Shown here piece by piece: positions 39,545 through 51,025 of a stretch of DNA of 58,219 nt (its first letter is position 1; each line of letters opens with the position of its first letter). Location: NCBI GenBank assembly GCA_910592345.1, contig CAJVPI010000086.1, positions 1 to 58,219 of the forward strand. The letters run 5' to 3'. The notes under the pieces were generated by a model. That model worked only from the letters and a program-made list of their open reading frames with translations, was not told the origin of the DNA and did no database searches. Source of the DNA: Paraglomus brasilianum (taxonomy: Eukaryota). The position numbers and the translations under genes are program-made.

Positions 39545-39960
39545 TTCTATTTTTTGGTTCATAATAAGTTGGGGTTAATGCTCGTTTATTGGTTTTTATT
39601 TTTCTTTCTTTGTGATAAATTTCATAAGTGATTTTTTTCATTATCTAGATATCGAGTTTGGGTATCATTAATTTTAAAAATGTATGGAGCAATTTTTTCT
39701 CCTTGAGAATGCTTCTAATGTTGCTGTAATTCTTTGGTTCCATTGTGGATTAGTTTCATGTATTTTATTTTTATATAGAGATAATCCTATATTAATCATG
39801 TATAGTAATGGAAGTTTGCTACATAAATTTGTGTACAAGTTATTGCTGTGATAATCAAAATGTTATTAGCCAAATTAGTTAACTTACAGCCACACCAGCT
39901 ATCACATAATCAAATGTTCACTTTGTCTGGTTTTGTTGTAGCATGCCCCATATTTATTAG
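39545..39960. repeat. Dispersed repeat, copy 2 (degenerate copy of 29470-29945)
   Basis: Collinear similarity with several small deletions that break the ORF. Confidence 0.85.
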
Positions 39961-42858
39961 AAACTGCTCCGATTGTATTCGATATTTAATAGTATCCGGA
40001 TACTTTGTGTTCTGGGGCTATACCGGTTGAATCTTTTTGAACGTCTGATATAACATTTTTTTGGCATTCTGGACAAGATTTCATATGGGCCGAACGCATG
40101 TTTGCGCACTGGATAGCTTGTTATAAGACCTCTTATATGTCTTACCACAATTATTATAACAAAAAAAGAGTACGCAAATTGACAAGAAACATGGACTTTT
40201 GAAGTTGGAGAATCGAAAGAAGAAAAAAAGATGTCCTGCTAGGTGGATATGGATACCTGCAATATTCTTAAACAAAAACTCATTAAAGAAAGCACAAAAT
40301 CTTGATGAAGACTCCTACCTAGTTGCTGACTGTTATGGGAGAACAGAGAAACCTTTTACTGTTGACTCCATTTTAATTGAGATCAATGAATTATGTTTAA
40401 CCTCGATCTTCCAATTACGTACGTATCATATCCAGACAATTCTGCTTGCATAAACATGAACATAATATAAAGAGAAACATGGGTAGATCAAAATGGTTGC
40501 GCGCATCAAGAACTTTAAATGCATCAAATTTTATTTTGGCACTTTGACATTGAATTATGAATACGGGAAATGTAATGTCAGTAGGGTACAATAAACATAT
40601 CTTCTCCTATTCTTTGTTAAGACTAGCGCGTTTCCAAAAATTGTGCAAACCCGAACACGTATATCCATGATAAAAGAGTAAAATAATGTGTTTAAATGTG
40701 TTTGTGCTCGTTTTATGTGTTTTATTTGTGCGTTTTATTTGTGCTTTTTATCTGTGCGTTTTGTCTGTGCGTTTTATTTATGTTTTATACATTTTATACT
40801 AATAAGTAAAGTTAAAAAGATCGAAGGATGGAATTAATTAGCTTATCCAAGAAGGAGACATCTGCTATTTATCTACCGCCGTCACGACTTCAAGTCCAGA
40901 ATAGCACGCTATGTCGTTGTTTGTACGATATAGTAATAGTACATCGAAGATCGTGATTAAGCGCTCGAATATTGGAGACCATAGTTGAACCTAGTTCAAG
41001 TATCGTCCAATCGTAAGTTTATTAGTTGTTTCTGTCACACTCATCTTCCTACTGCGGAATGGCTATTTAAAAATCTAACTCGTCCGTCGTTATGAACTAA
41101 GTCGTCGTTATGGATCAGCTGACTATTCGTGTATGAATCATTACCTACTGCATTGAATTTGCTGTGTGAACAAGGTGACACCACCTCATAATTTATTTCC
41201 CCGGTTGACGTGATTGTGGGGGGGTTTCAACATAAGCACGACTTCTCACAATGGTGTCTGACAACATGCTGAACGAAATAGCCTAGATCTCATGACATAT
41301 TGAAAGAAGAGTTTTATATATAATTCGGAAAGAATTGAAAAAAGCCAATTTTTTTAATTGGTCACCAAATGCTGAATTAGGGAGTAGACGGGAATAGTAA
41401 AAATTGTAACGAAGCTACAAGGTTAGTTTTTGAAAGGTCTAAATGGCGTGGCGGGAAATTACATCAACGTAATATGTAGATCTGGTACGGTCAGGTGACC
41501 GGTTTCGCATATGATCGTCTTGTTACACTTATTAAGAAATCCATTAAGCTGCATTTACCGAATTGATCCATAAACATCACGTTGATTGTAAACACTTTGA
41601 TTTTCGTCACGGCTTTTATGCAAGCAGTCTGATGATCCACCAATCATACATTTATTATTATGCTTATGTGGCATTCGAATATCCGAAATTCTTTTTGTGG
41701 CACATTGCCCGGACTCATACCTATATATATACATAGACTTATCTATGGGTTGATTAAACACCAATAAGCGACTCAACAGGTTCTCAATCCAGTAAAGTGT
41801 TTATTTGGAGACAGATTAGTAATTGGCGGGGGATACAGTAACCGTAATCCTCGAATTTCCGTTCGACACTAGGACTTCTCTGCTTACCACAAAACTACTT
41901 ATAAAGGAAATACCCAACAATATCGGCCTTCAACAGCATTGTCTGAAATTTTCCCTCGGCAACAAGTATTACCAATATCCCTCTTTGCTCTCTTTTGCTC
42001 TGGTATTTCTATTCTTGAGTATCGTCATAATAAACAGTCCATTTTTACCGCTCAAAGATTCGAGCGTACTGTATGCCTGTCTATTATGCTACTGAACATA
42101 CTCGTCGACAGCATATGCGAGCAAGCATATATGCTTGGATGAAATCAAAATATGTGGGCTTTCGTCTTTGCAAATGTTCCTAGTCAAACGAAATTCTCTC
42201 AAAGAGGCTCAAACGAGTAGCATTTATTGATATCTACAAAGATACAAGTGGAATGTGTCCATCGCTACGTTTGATTAATGCTATGCAAACTCATATCTCT
42301 GCGCACAATGCTGCATTTGGCGCTGCATGTCTCCAAAAAGAAGGTGTGGACAGAAACCAAAAGGAGCAAAAGGCGGTTCGCAGACTACACTTGCGCTATA
42401 ACAGTTAGTATTTGGTCTTATATCTATATTGTACAACGTTGTTGACCGCACCAGATGCATAAAGATAACCCCGCACGTCCTAATAGACTCTCAGGAGCGA
42501 AGATGTCTTTCAGATAGCGCCAGACAATAATCTGATTCACACGAAAAGAACGTCATTTGCGCTGCCCCGCAAATGAACAATAACATCGACTGAATAGCAT
42601 CATATAAGCCAGTTTTCTCAACTACAATACCAGACTTTTGGTTATATACCCATCCCTCAAATGTACCACAAAAAACCCACACGAAATAATGCGTGGAATA
42701 CGTCATCCATATACAGTTAGCATTCACCTGTATTACAGACCACGGCATTCTTCATCCCCCTTGCTTTATTTATCGATTCGTACAGATGTCTCCCCCCTTT
42801 TCACTACCAAAAAAACAACCGGGTCGTTTCTTCGTTCAAGTCAAAGCATACAAAATAA

Positions 42859-45800
42859 ATGGTAATGTCTCCAACAGCACAGCTATCTGAATACTCTATC
42901 TCCCAGAATAAACTTACTAGTTTGTCTGAACCCACGGGTTATCTTCATGGACCGCAGCAGCGAGAGCAAATGCACCACTATCAACAAGAACAACAGCCAC
43001 CACCACAAGAGCAAAAACCACTGCCGCAAACTAATTATCACCTAAGTCAGCCACAACAATCCACATCAATGAACAACAACCAAACCACTTACCAACTTAC
43101 CCATACAACGCACGATCGTCCATCTGCCAGTTCCTCCTTCAACATACTTTCCGTCTTAAATCCAGAACCATCGCCACCCTCTAGTCTTGGTCCACCACCA
43201 GCAGACCACATCACAAGAACGCTACCTTCCCCTAGACAACAAGAACCACCCACACGAACGATACTACCTCCACCGTCCGCGATCACCCAACCTCAGTACT
43301 ATGATCCTGTAAGATATGGCACGAACACTCTGCAAGGCCATGGGCAGAGTCAGAGCAATTCAACCAGTTTTACATTACTGCCGCCGCCATTTCCGCTGGC
43401 TTCTTATCCAACTTCTCCAACACAACCATATTCCTCCAATTCTCATAACAGTTCCAATACACAGTCGGGGTACGGATATTCATATGGTTACCGCTCGCCA
43501 GGCTTTAATACGCAGACACCAGGAAGTTTCAACACTACACTAGCCCCTATTTCGCAAATTCCACCACCTGTAACTTCGCCCTTGTCAATGGCACCTCCAC
43601 GTCCAGAGATTGTAAACTCATGTAACTTGTCGCCGACGACAGCACAAGTTACGAACCCAACCCCGGCGCCACCTCAATATTCCGCTCTAAATGAGTCTGT
43701 GGCAGACGACGCTAATACACTGCTCACGTTTGCCAATAGCAATAAAATGGATATAGACGAGAAAACGACTTATAATAGATCAAACGCACAAGATATGCCG
43801 CCATATTCTGTACAGACGAATGCAACGGACAGGCAAGTAAAGAACGAATACGAAAACTCTCGGCTCGCTCAGCTTCTCGACACTGCTCTTGAGCAAGAAC
43901 GAAAAGAGCGTGAGTTGGCTGACGAGGAAAATAGAATGATACATAGAGAGCATGAAGAGCCGAGAGAGTCGGATCTGTCTGCTAAGGACGAGCGGTCGAG
44001 AGAGGAGAGTGTTGCAAATAGTCCGAGTGTTGAAGAAGAGTTGGATATTGTCCAAGACGATCAGGAGATTGTTGTGGATGTAACTACTTCGAGGGAATTG
44101 GTCGAAAATAATGCAGTAAACTCTTCAGCGCAGTCGGTCAACCAGTTCGGTAAGCATTACGACTACGACGAGCCCTTGAATGATTATGAGGATCTAGTAG
44201 AAGTTAGTACCGATGAAGTCATGTTTTTTATACCGAAGAAGGAAGAATACGAGAGTGAAAAACAGGTCGAAGCAATGAGCCAAGATGATATGAACAAGAA
44301 CGTGAAAGTCGAAGAAACTTCACCAGAATTTTCCTCATCCGGAGACGAATTTCACAAATCACCATCCTCCTCTCGTCGCTCAAGCATCTCAAAAACTGTC
44401 CTCAAAAAAACTTCCATCAAAAAACCTAGTGTACGTCATCTGTCAGCTAAGAAATCGCTGAAACGCAAATCGTCGTCTTCAAACTTGCATTCTCCATCCG
44501 GTGACGATAATGCTTTGCGCATTGACCCCATTTCTGGCTCTCCTTCCATACCCAATACTCCCAACAGCAACAAGAAGCTTAAAAGAGCTAATAAGCAGCG
44601 GCGCAAGAATTCCCAGAGTTCGAGCGTAACAGCATCACCGATGATCGATCCGATCGCCGGTAACTCTGTAGGAGCGGAACCGATGGCGGTAGATGAGACG
44701 CAGATCATCAACAAGTTATATTGTATATGCAGGTCGGGCTTTGACAACCGGTTTATGATTCAGTGTGATGGATGTAATGAGTGGTATCACGGAGACTGTG
44801 TTAAGATATCGGAAGATGAATCACAGTTAATCGACAAGTATTATTGCCCGGACTGTGCAGGTAAGAAAGTTTGGATGACTATTTATGAGAAGAGGCTTTC
44901 GTTAGTAACTGTCTAACCTTTTTTTCTACACCTTCTATGTATTCTTCTACGTACTCAGCCAAAGGTAATACTTCCTCGTGGAAACAAAAATGCCGAAATC
45001 CACCATGCAACAAACCAGCTCGCATTCCGTCATCCAGGTATTGCTCCCAAGGTTGCGGATTAGCATTGGCACAGACACGTCTGCGTGAGAACGAAAAGCG
45101 TGCCAAACTCATGCTTTATCTGCAAAAGCCCCAAACTCCCCCCAAACCATCTACACCAAGCTCCGATAAGCCAACTCCCTCCTCAAACAAACGTTGCACA
45201 CGAAACCTGGCAGCCGATTTGGATGATCGTGCTCACTGGAAAAAGGTTCAGGAAGAATGGGACCGTGTCACGAAATTTTCCGAGGTTATTGAGCGACGAG
45301 AACAGATTTTAAGAAAAGCCATGGCGCGATGTGAGTCAGAAGGGAAGAATGGATACTCACCGTGTGGGTTTGATAACCGTTTACTCCTGAATGATAAAGA
45401 AGTGATGGAGCTTGGCGATGCGACTGATGATAACGTGAAGATTTGCAAGGAGAAGAAGGGAAGTTGCGAAAAGCATCGTTTGTGGCAGAGTGTTAAACTT
45501 GTAGAAATTGATCAGGAGAAGGCTTTACAGGTATATACTTTTTTATATTGAAATAGTGTCGTTGGTTCTTATGTAATAGGGATCATGACGTTAGATCGAC
45601 GTAATAATTATATCAAAGTTTATGAACCACGTTCTAATCTTCCTTTGTTTCGATTCACAGTCGGCGAGATTAGAAAAGCTTCGTGCCGAAAAAAAGCAAA
45701 TTGGTATTCGTATGAAGAGGCGCAAAACTGACTGGGAATCCGCGTTATTGAATGGTACAATAAATCACTCTTCCCGCTCTCGTATGGCCATTTTAGTTAA

Positions 45801-45870
45801 TAAGGGTGACAGTGACGAGAAAATCACCACCGAAGAGACAAAACATTCATTCGTGGATATTGAAGCATAG
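42859..45870 (+). CDS. SPP1: COMPASS PHD-finger subunit, Spp1/Cfp1-like, with a long low-complexity N-terminus
   Basis: Exons 42859-44860, 44959-45530 and 45661-45870: LYCICR..FMIQCDGCNEWYHGDCV..YYCPDC; CRNPPCNKPAR..SRYCSQGCGL; CGFDNRL; CKEKKGSCEKHRLW. Confidence 0.88.
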
Positions 45871-46366
45871 GACAGGAGTCACTTAAAACGCCAGTGATAG
45901 ACTCGCTTTGTAGTAAGTTGCTGTTAGCAGATGAGTTAATTGTTAGTTTGCTTTGGTGTTACACTCATAATGAAAACGCATAATCGCTCAATGACAGTAA
46001 AGGACATTGCATATTCTTTTCCGTTAGTATATTTGAAAATAGTATCTTTGTACAGTTTTTAGTTTAATTCTATTAAAACAATATATTTCAATTGATGTCT
46101 GATGCTGTGCACAGCCTAATCATTTGGTAGAGGATTTCTCATGCAGACCTCTTCTTATACTTTGTAATTAGTTTGTATAGATTTTATTTAAATGCTTGGT
46201 AATAAAATAAACTCCTAATAGAGTTGTGAGAATCAGATAATGCTGACCATTGGAATTATTTTGATATTTACATTCGAGTTTTGGCATTTGTATATACATT
46301 TTCTTCTATAATAATAACCCGTAAACTTGGACCTTTGATTTCCATGCGTCAGCATTCCCTTTTATT

Positions 46367-48667
46367 TCAAATGAACACCATATCGTTCAGACTTTTGTTT
46401 TCAGCTTGTGGGGCATCATTAAATATGTTGGCGCTACTTGGCTGAATATCATATAACTCTAGGAAACTCTCGAGATCTGGCGATTCAGGCTTCGTATCAT
46501 ACACGACAGATCCACTGTCCTGAACTTTGGGTGGTTTGTTAAAAATTTGCCTGGTAACTCTAACTTCATCGAGATAATTGTCAGGGAAATCAAATCGATA
46601 GCTACAATTATCGACTATATTTTCAATACTTTTATATTGTCTAATTAATTTTAAAGCAGTGACAGGGCCAATTTTTTCAACTTTGCCTCCGAAATCGGTT
46701 CCACACATTATACACAAATCGAGAAAAGCCTCTTTGGACAAGTCCAGCTCCTCTCTTGCTTTTACGGAAGAGTATTCTAACATGGGTTGATTTTTCCATT
46801 GAAGCTGTCGTATGACAAGGCCTTCTCCGAACAGAGCAGCATCCATGTCTTCGGTGACTGTCGCATCAGTTATCCCATGCGTTGTCAAAGATGCACACAT
46901 GGCTTCTGCTTCATGATCGTGACACGTCAGACACGGGACGCCTGCTTTCCGGAGAAAGTCTTTGGCTTCTTCTATCATGATTCTTGTTACTGGGGCTACT
47001 GCTTTTTCTAGGCGGGTAACGTAGTAGTCTGTCTCTGATGTTACGTCTAATAGCGTGGAACGTACGTCCGATAGTACGATGGTTTGTTTGTAGGTTGATA
47101 TAATGGCTTCTATTGTTTTTAAATCTAATGTTTCTTCTTCTTCTAATGTTTTTGTCTCTAATGCTATAGCCGGGAGTTCTGTAGAGGTGGGCGGCTCTGG
47201 TATTAAAGTGGTTGGGTATTCAAACGGTTTTTCGTCATCAGGCTCTGTTGACGTTACAGGAAAGGGTATTTCTTCCTGTGGCAATGGAATGTCTAGTGGG
47301 ATGGAAGGAAGTTGTTGAGATGGTTGTATCTTATCCAATGTTTCCATATCTTTATCTACATCTTCAGGTTCCAAAGTATCGGCTGGGCCAACTTCGGCCA
47401 AGGGTTGGGGTTGAGGTGGCTTTGTTTCTTCTACCGACTCGGTTGGCACAGGTTCCAATATAGAATCTGTCGTCGGACTGATTTCTGCTGATTCGTCTAG
47501 GTATGAAGGCTGGGGTTGTTCTATCGTCTCTGTCAATGTGGGTTTCGTGACTTCAGGTAAAGATGCTGTGCTTTCAGCAGACGATGGAAGTTGAGTCTCT
47601 TCTATTAAAGTAGGCTCTGATAAAATTGGTGGGCTGATATCGACAGATTCAGTCGGGTAAGAAGCTTCAGGCGGCTCTGCTTTCTCTAAAGACTCCAAAG
47701 TGGGTGTTTGTAGAACTTGAGCTGATTCTGGTATTACTGTCGAGTCCGCTAAGGGTGACGGTTGAGATAATTCGACCGTCTCTGGTGAATCGGGTGTTGG
47801 TGAATCGGGTGTTCGGATCTGGTCATCCGTGACTGAAGATGAAGGTTCAGCTGACTCTGGGCTGATTTCCGTTGATATTACGCTATCTGAAGAATCCGTA
47901 TGCTCGTGCGCATCCTCCAATGACGTTTCCTCTGACAATTTGAGTTGCTGAGGAATATCCAGTATCTTATTCAATACCACGTCATTCAGCAGGTTGGCCT
48001 CCATCTGGCCAAGTTTTTGCGCTCTAGAACGTGTTTTTGAATATTTCAACAACTTGGCATCCAAAAGAACACTCGTAACTAACTTCTCTACTCTGGTTCT
48101 GATTAAAATATCGTCTAGAGTTGGACTAAAGCGGGGATTGCGTTGCATGAACACAGACATACCCACCACCTTACTTATCCTTAGTGAAGTTTTCGTATCT
48201 AACCCTTCGTCTCCGACTATTTCGACCAGATCTTTAATACCTGCAGTAACATACTCTGAGCGTAATACGTCCTTTTTACTTTTTATTTTTAATGACTCTA
48301 CAATCTGCTCCCACTCTTTCAATCTCGTTTGTCGTTGATTTTCAGAACCCAATTGTGCTTTTGTCTTGTCCATAGCTGATTTCCTCCTAATACGTTCTTG
48401 CAACTTTTGTCTGATATTGGCATCCCCATCAAATATGAATATTGGCTTGATGTTGTAATATTTGAGAAAGGTAACTAATTGGTAGAACCCAAGCATATGA
48501 GGAAAGGAGTGAGAATTTTCTCCACGGTCTGCTCCCTTGACGAAACGCTGGATAAAGAGCGTCCCATCAATTGCTAGCGTTTTGTTTTGGAGGTCGTTAA
48601 TGGATATTGGCGTTAGGGAGGATGGAGCGAAGCGTCTTAGGAGAGGTGTGAGGCCTTTAACGCCCAT
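46367..48667 (-). CDS. XPG/FEN1-family 5' nuclease with a long acidic Pro/Ser/Thr spacer
   Basis: MGVKGL..LAIDGT..PIFIFDG (XPG-N); EAEAMCA..TEDMD..FG (XPG-I); CGTDF..IGPVTALKLI (H3TH); single exon. Confidence 0.9.
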   Translation of the reverse strand: MGVKGLTPLLRRFAPSSLTPISINDLQNKTLAIDGTLFIQRFVKGADRGENSHSFPHMLGFYQLVTFLKYYNIKPIFIFDGDANIRQKLQERIRRKSAMDKTKAQLGSENQRQTRLKEWEQIVESLKIKSKKDVLRSEYVTAGIKDLVEIVGDEGLDTKTSLRISKVVGMSVFMQRNPRFSPTLDDILIRTRVEKLVTSVLLDAKLLKYSKTRSRAQKLGQMEANLLNDVVLNKILDIPQQLKLSEETSLEDAHEHTDSSDSVISTEISPESAEPSSSVTDDQIRTPDSPTPDSPETVELSQPSPLADSTVIPESAQVLQTPTLESLEKAEPPEASYPTESVDISPPILSEPTLIEETQLPSSAESTASLPEVTKPTLTETIEQPQPSYLDESAEISPTTDSILEPVPTESVEETKPPQPQPLAEVGPADTLEPEDVDKDMETLDKIQPSQQLPSIPLDIPLPQEEIPFPVTSTEPDDEKPFEYPTTLIPEPPTSTELPAIALETKTLEEEETLDLKTIEAIISTYKQTIVLSDVRSTLLDVTSETDYYVTRLEKAVAPVTRIMIEEAKDFLRKAGVPCLTCHDHEAEAMCASLTTHGITDATVTEDMDAALFGEGLVIRQLQWKNQPMLEYSSVKAREELDLSKEAFLDLCIMCGTDFGGKVEKIGPVTALKLIRQYKSIENIVDNCSYRFDFPDNYLDEVRVTRQIFNKPPKVQDSGSVVYDTKPESPDLESFLELYDIQPSSANIFNDAPQAENKSLNDMVFI

Positions 48668-50339
48668 CTCTTGTCAAGAAAGCACAATACGTTTGACTGG
48701 TCAGTGAATAATGATTCCAACCCCTACAAAATAATCAGTAATTGCTTCGTCTCTGCATCTGAATGTTAAAAGCGTGGTTAGATAATACTTGTGAACGTGT
48801 CACAAATTAATTCTCCGATTTGGTCATATAATGTAATAATGAATGAGCAAAAGAAAAGTTTAAATAAAAAAAAATTTTTTTAGGATATAATTTATGCTTT
48901 TTTGGTTTACGTCATCTCAATCTCTAGGTGTTAAAACGCGATTCGTGATGACATCAGAACGCTATCCTGGACAAATTCTCCGAACTTCCTAATATGGTTA
49001 ATAAAAATAAAGGGGATTGCCGATCTGTTAATGCTAAAAATTAGACTAATTACTGTATAATGCAGAAATTGCAAAGTTATGGATGTCATCGAACAACAGT
49101 TACAAGACTATTCTATTACCGCAACTAAATTGTTAAATATAAATCGTTGGTACTTTATTTGCAGCACGAGTAGAATAGACATTCGTATTGTATGTGTAAT
49201 AAAGTTACTCGAAACTAGTTCAGCTTTAAGTAACGCAACTACTATAACACACCTACGTAAGGATAATTTACGCACTCACAAAACCTCAATTGAATTGCGG
49301 GCTGTAACAATGGTTTGTACTTACAACTTTTTAACACATGAATTTGGTTAGTCGTTATGTTTATTACAATTTTACGCGCTGAAATTAGGGATACAAACTA
49401 AGACGTGTTTATTCATCGTTAACAAACTATATACTAAAATAATTTAGGAATTTTTTTTTATAAAAAATGGAGCAGACTGCAACAAAACCAGACAAAGTGA
49501 ACATACTCAAAATGGCTGGTGTGGCTGAAAAACCGAAGTGACTGATGACATTATAGGATTAAGTCTATATAAAATATGATATGACATTAAATCCACTATG
49601 ACAAGAGACATTATGGGTTAATAGAGGAGCAGTGGAGGGAGAATTATTCGAATGCTGTTACATGTCCCATAGTAATAGTAAACAATTTCGCGATAGCTGC
49701 AAATAGAGGAATACTAACTATTGACGTTCACTTTAAGTAAATAAAATTTCTTTTGGGTTTAATAAAAAAACTTCTTCAATATCATAAATATAAAAGTGTG
49801 CAATACTTTTGCCCCCCCCTCCGTATAACTACATTGTTAGTACTTTAATAATTAATTGTTGTGCGTTCGTATCCTTCCATTTATTATTTAAATAATGAAA
49901 TTTTTTACGATAGATTACAGAATAGCATGGTGTCAACTGTGTATTAGGGTAAGACTTTGTGGATTAATAACGTACTATCTATACTAGTGGATTAAGTAGT
50001 GATGTATTCCTGTACCGCCATTATCGTAAGAATTTAGGAGCGATCTAAAAATATTTCTTCAAGGATGATATTTTGTAGGTGATATATACGATGAGAATGG
50101 GATAGATGCATATTGATTGTAGTGGGATATATAGGTATAAATATCATTTGTATTGTTGTTAGTAATTTGAAGGATGAGAGTAAAATATATATATACATAC
50201 TATATATTAACTATACTGAGATATGCAACCACTAACTGAATATTTATGCCAAAGTTAATATAATAAGATCTTCTTTATATCCACCTGTTATAGATACCTG
50301 CGATTTGGATATTGAGTTATAAAGTTATTGATTATGCGA

Positions 50340-50531
50340 GTTCGAAGATTTCTCGATTAATAAACTCTTTGATTATATACATCTTCTTAGGAATACGTAC
50401 GTACCATACCTCAAGAAGATAAATTCCGTTAAGTTGACACAGAGTTCTTTTTTCCGATCACGATTAACAATATCCTCGAGTTTTTTGACATCCTTATACC
50501 AGCTAGTGCTATGAAGCCGATGTTAAGCCCA
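50340..50531 (-). pseudogene. Fragment of a Vsr/DUF559-like endonuclease
   Basis: Reads GA*HRLHSTSWYKDVKKLEDIVNRDRKK/(frameshift)TLCQLNGIYLLEVWY, matching the G.QH...RD..K..LC..NGI.L+.VW pattern; stop codon and frameshift present. Confidence 0.55.
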
Positions 50532-51025
50532 ACGTGATTCGATTATATCATAAAGCTCTAATCCTTACATAAAAGATGGTTAATATTTAACCACAGGTTC
50601 CTCGCCAAGAAGTATCTGGCTATTAGAATGCATTTCTCCTGAAATTTACGATTTTTCTTAGTTCCCTCAATAATTGGACTTATTTTGCCTCGAGCTCAAG
50701 AATTGCAACCTTAATGCGCTCAAAAAGGATTGGGTATTGCAAACCAGTTTTTAATTCTGCAATACTAGCTTCATCTTCTATGATCTATTTTAGAAGCTTG
50801 GCATTCTCGGCCTCAAGTTTTATATATCCGATAATGTATTTAAAATGTATAACTGCATATCGATTGACAAGAGATCTTGTATTTACGTACATTAATTACG
50901 TATCGATATAGTTTTATTTTTCCGATACATATTAATATACAAATCATACACCATACACTGGTCATAGGTATTAATTACATGACATACATGACACAAGATT
51001 TAAAGTTAATCTGGTTGTAAAGTTA

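Noticed and set aside
38527..42750. Short ORFs, including a weak F-box-like DSSVLYACLL fragment
   Set aside because: Too short and too interrupted by stops to assign by eye.
10235..48667. Functional DNA-repair/chromatin gene cluster (H2A, PNKP, Spp1, FEN1-like)
   Set aside because: The genes are far apart and interspersed with unrelated genes; nothing suggests more than chance.
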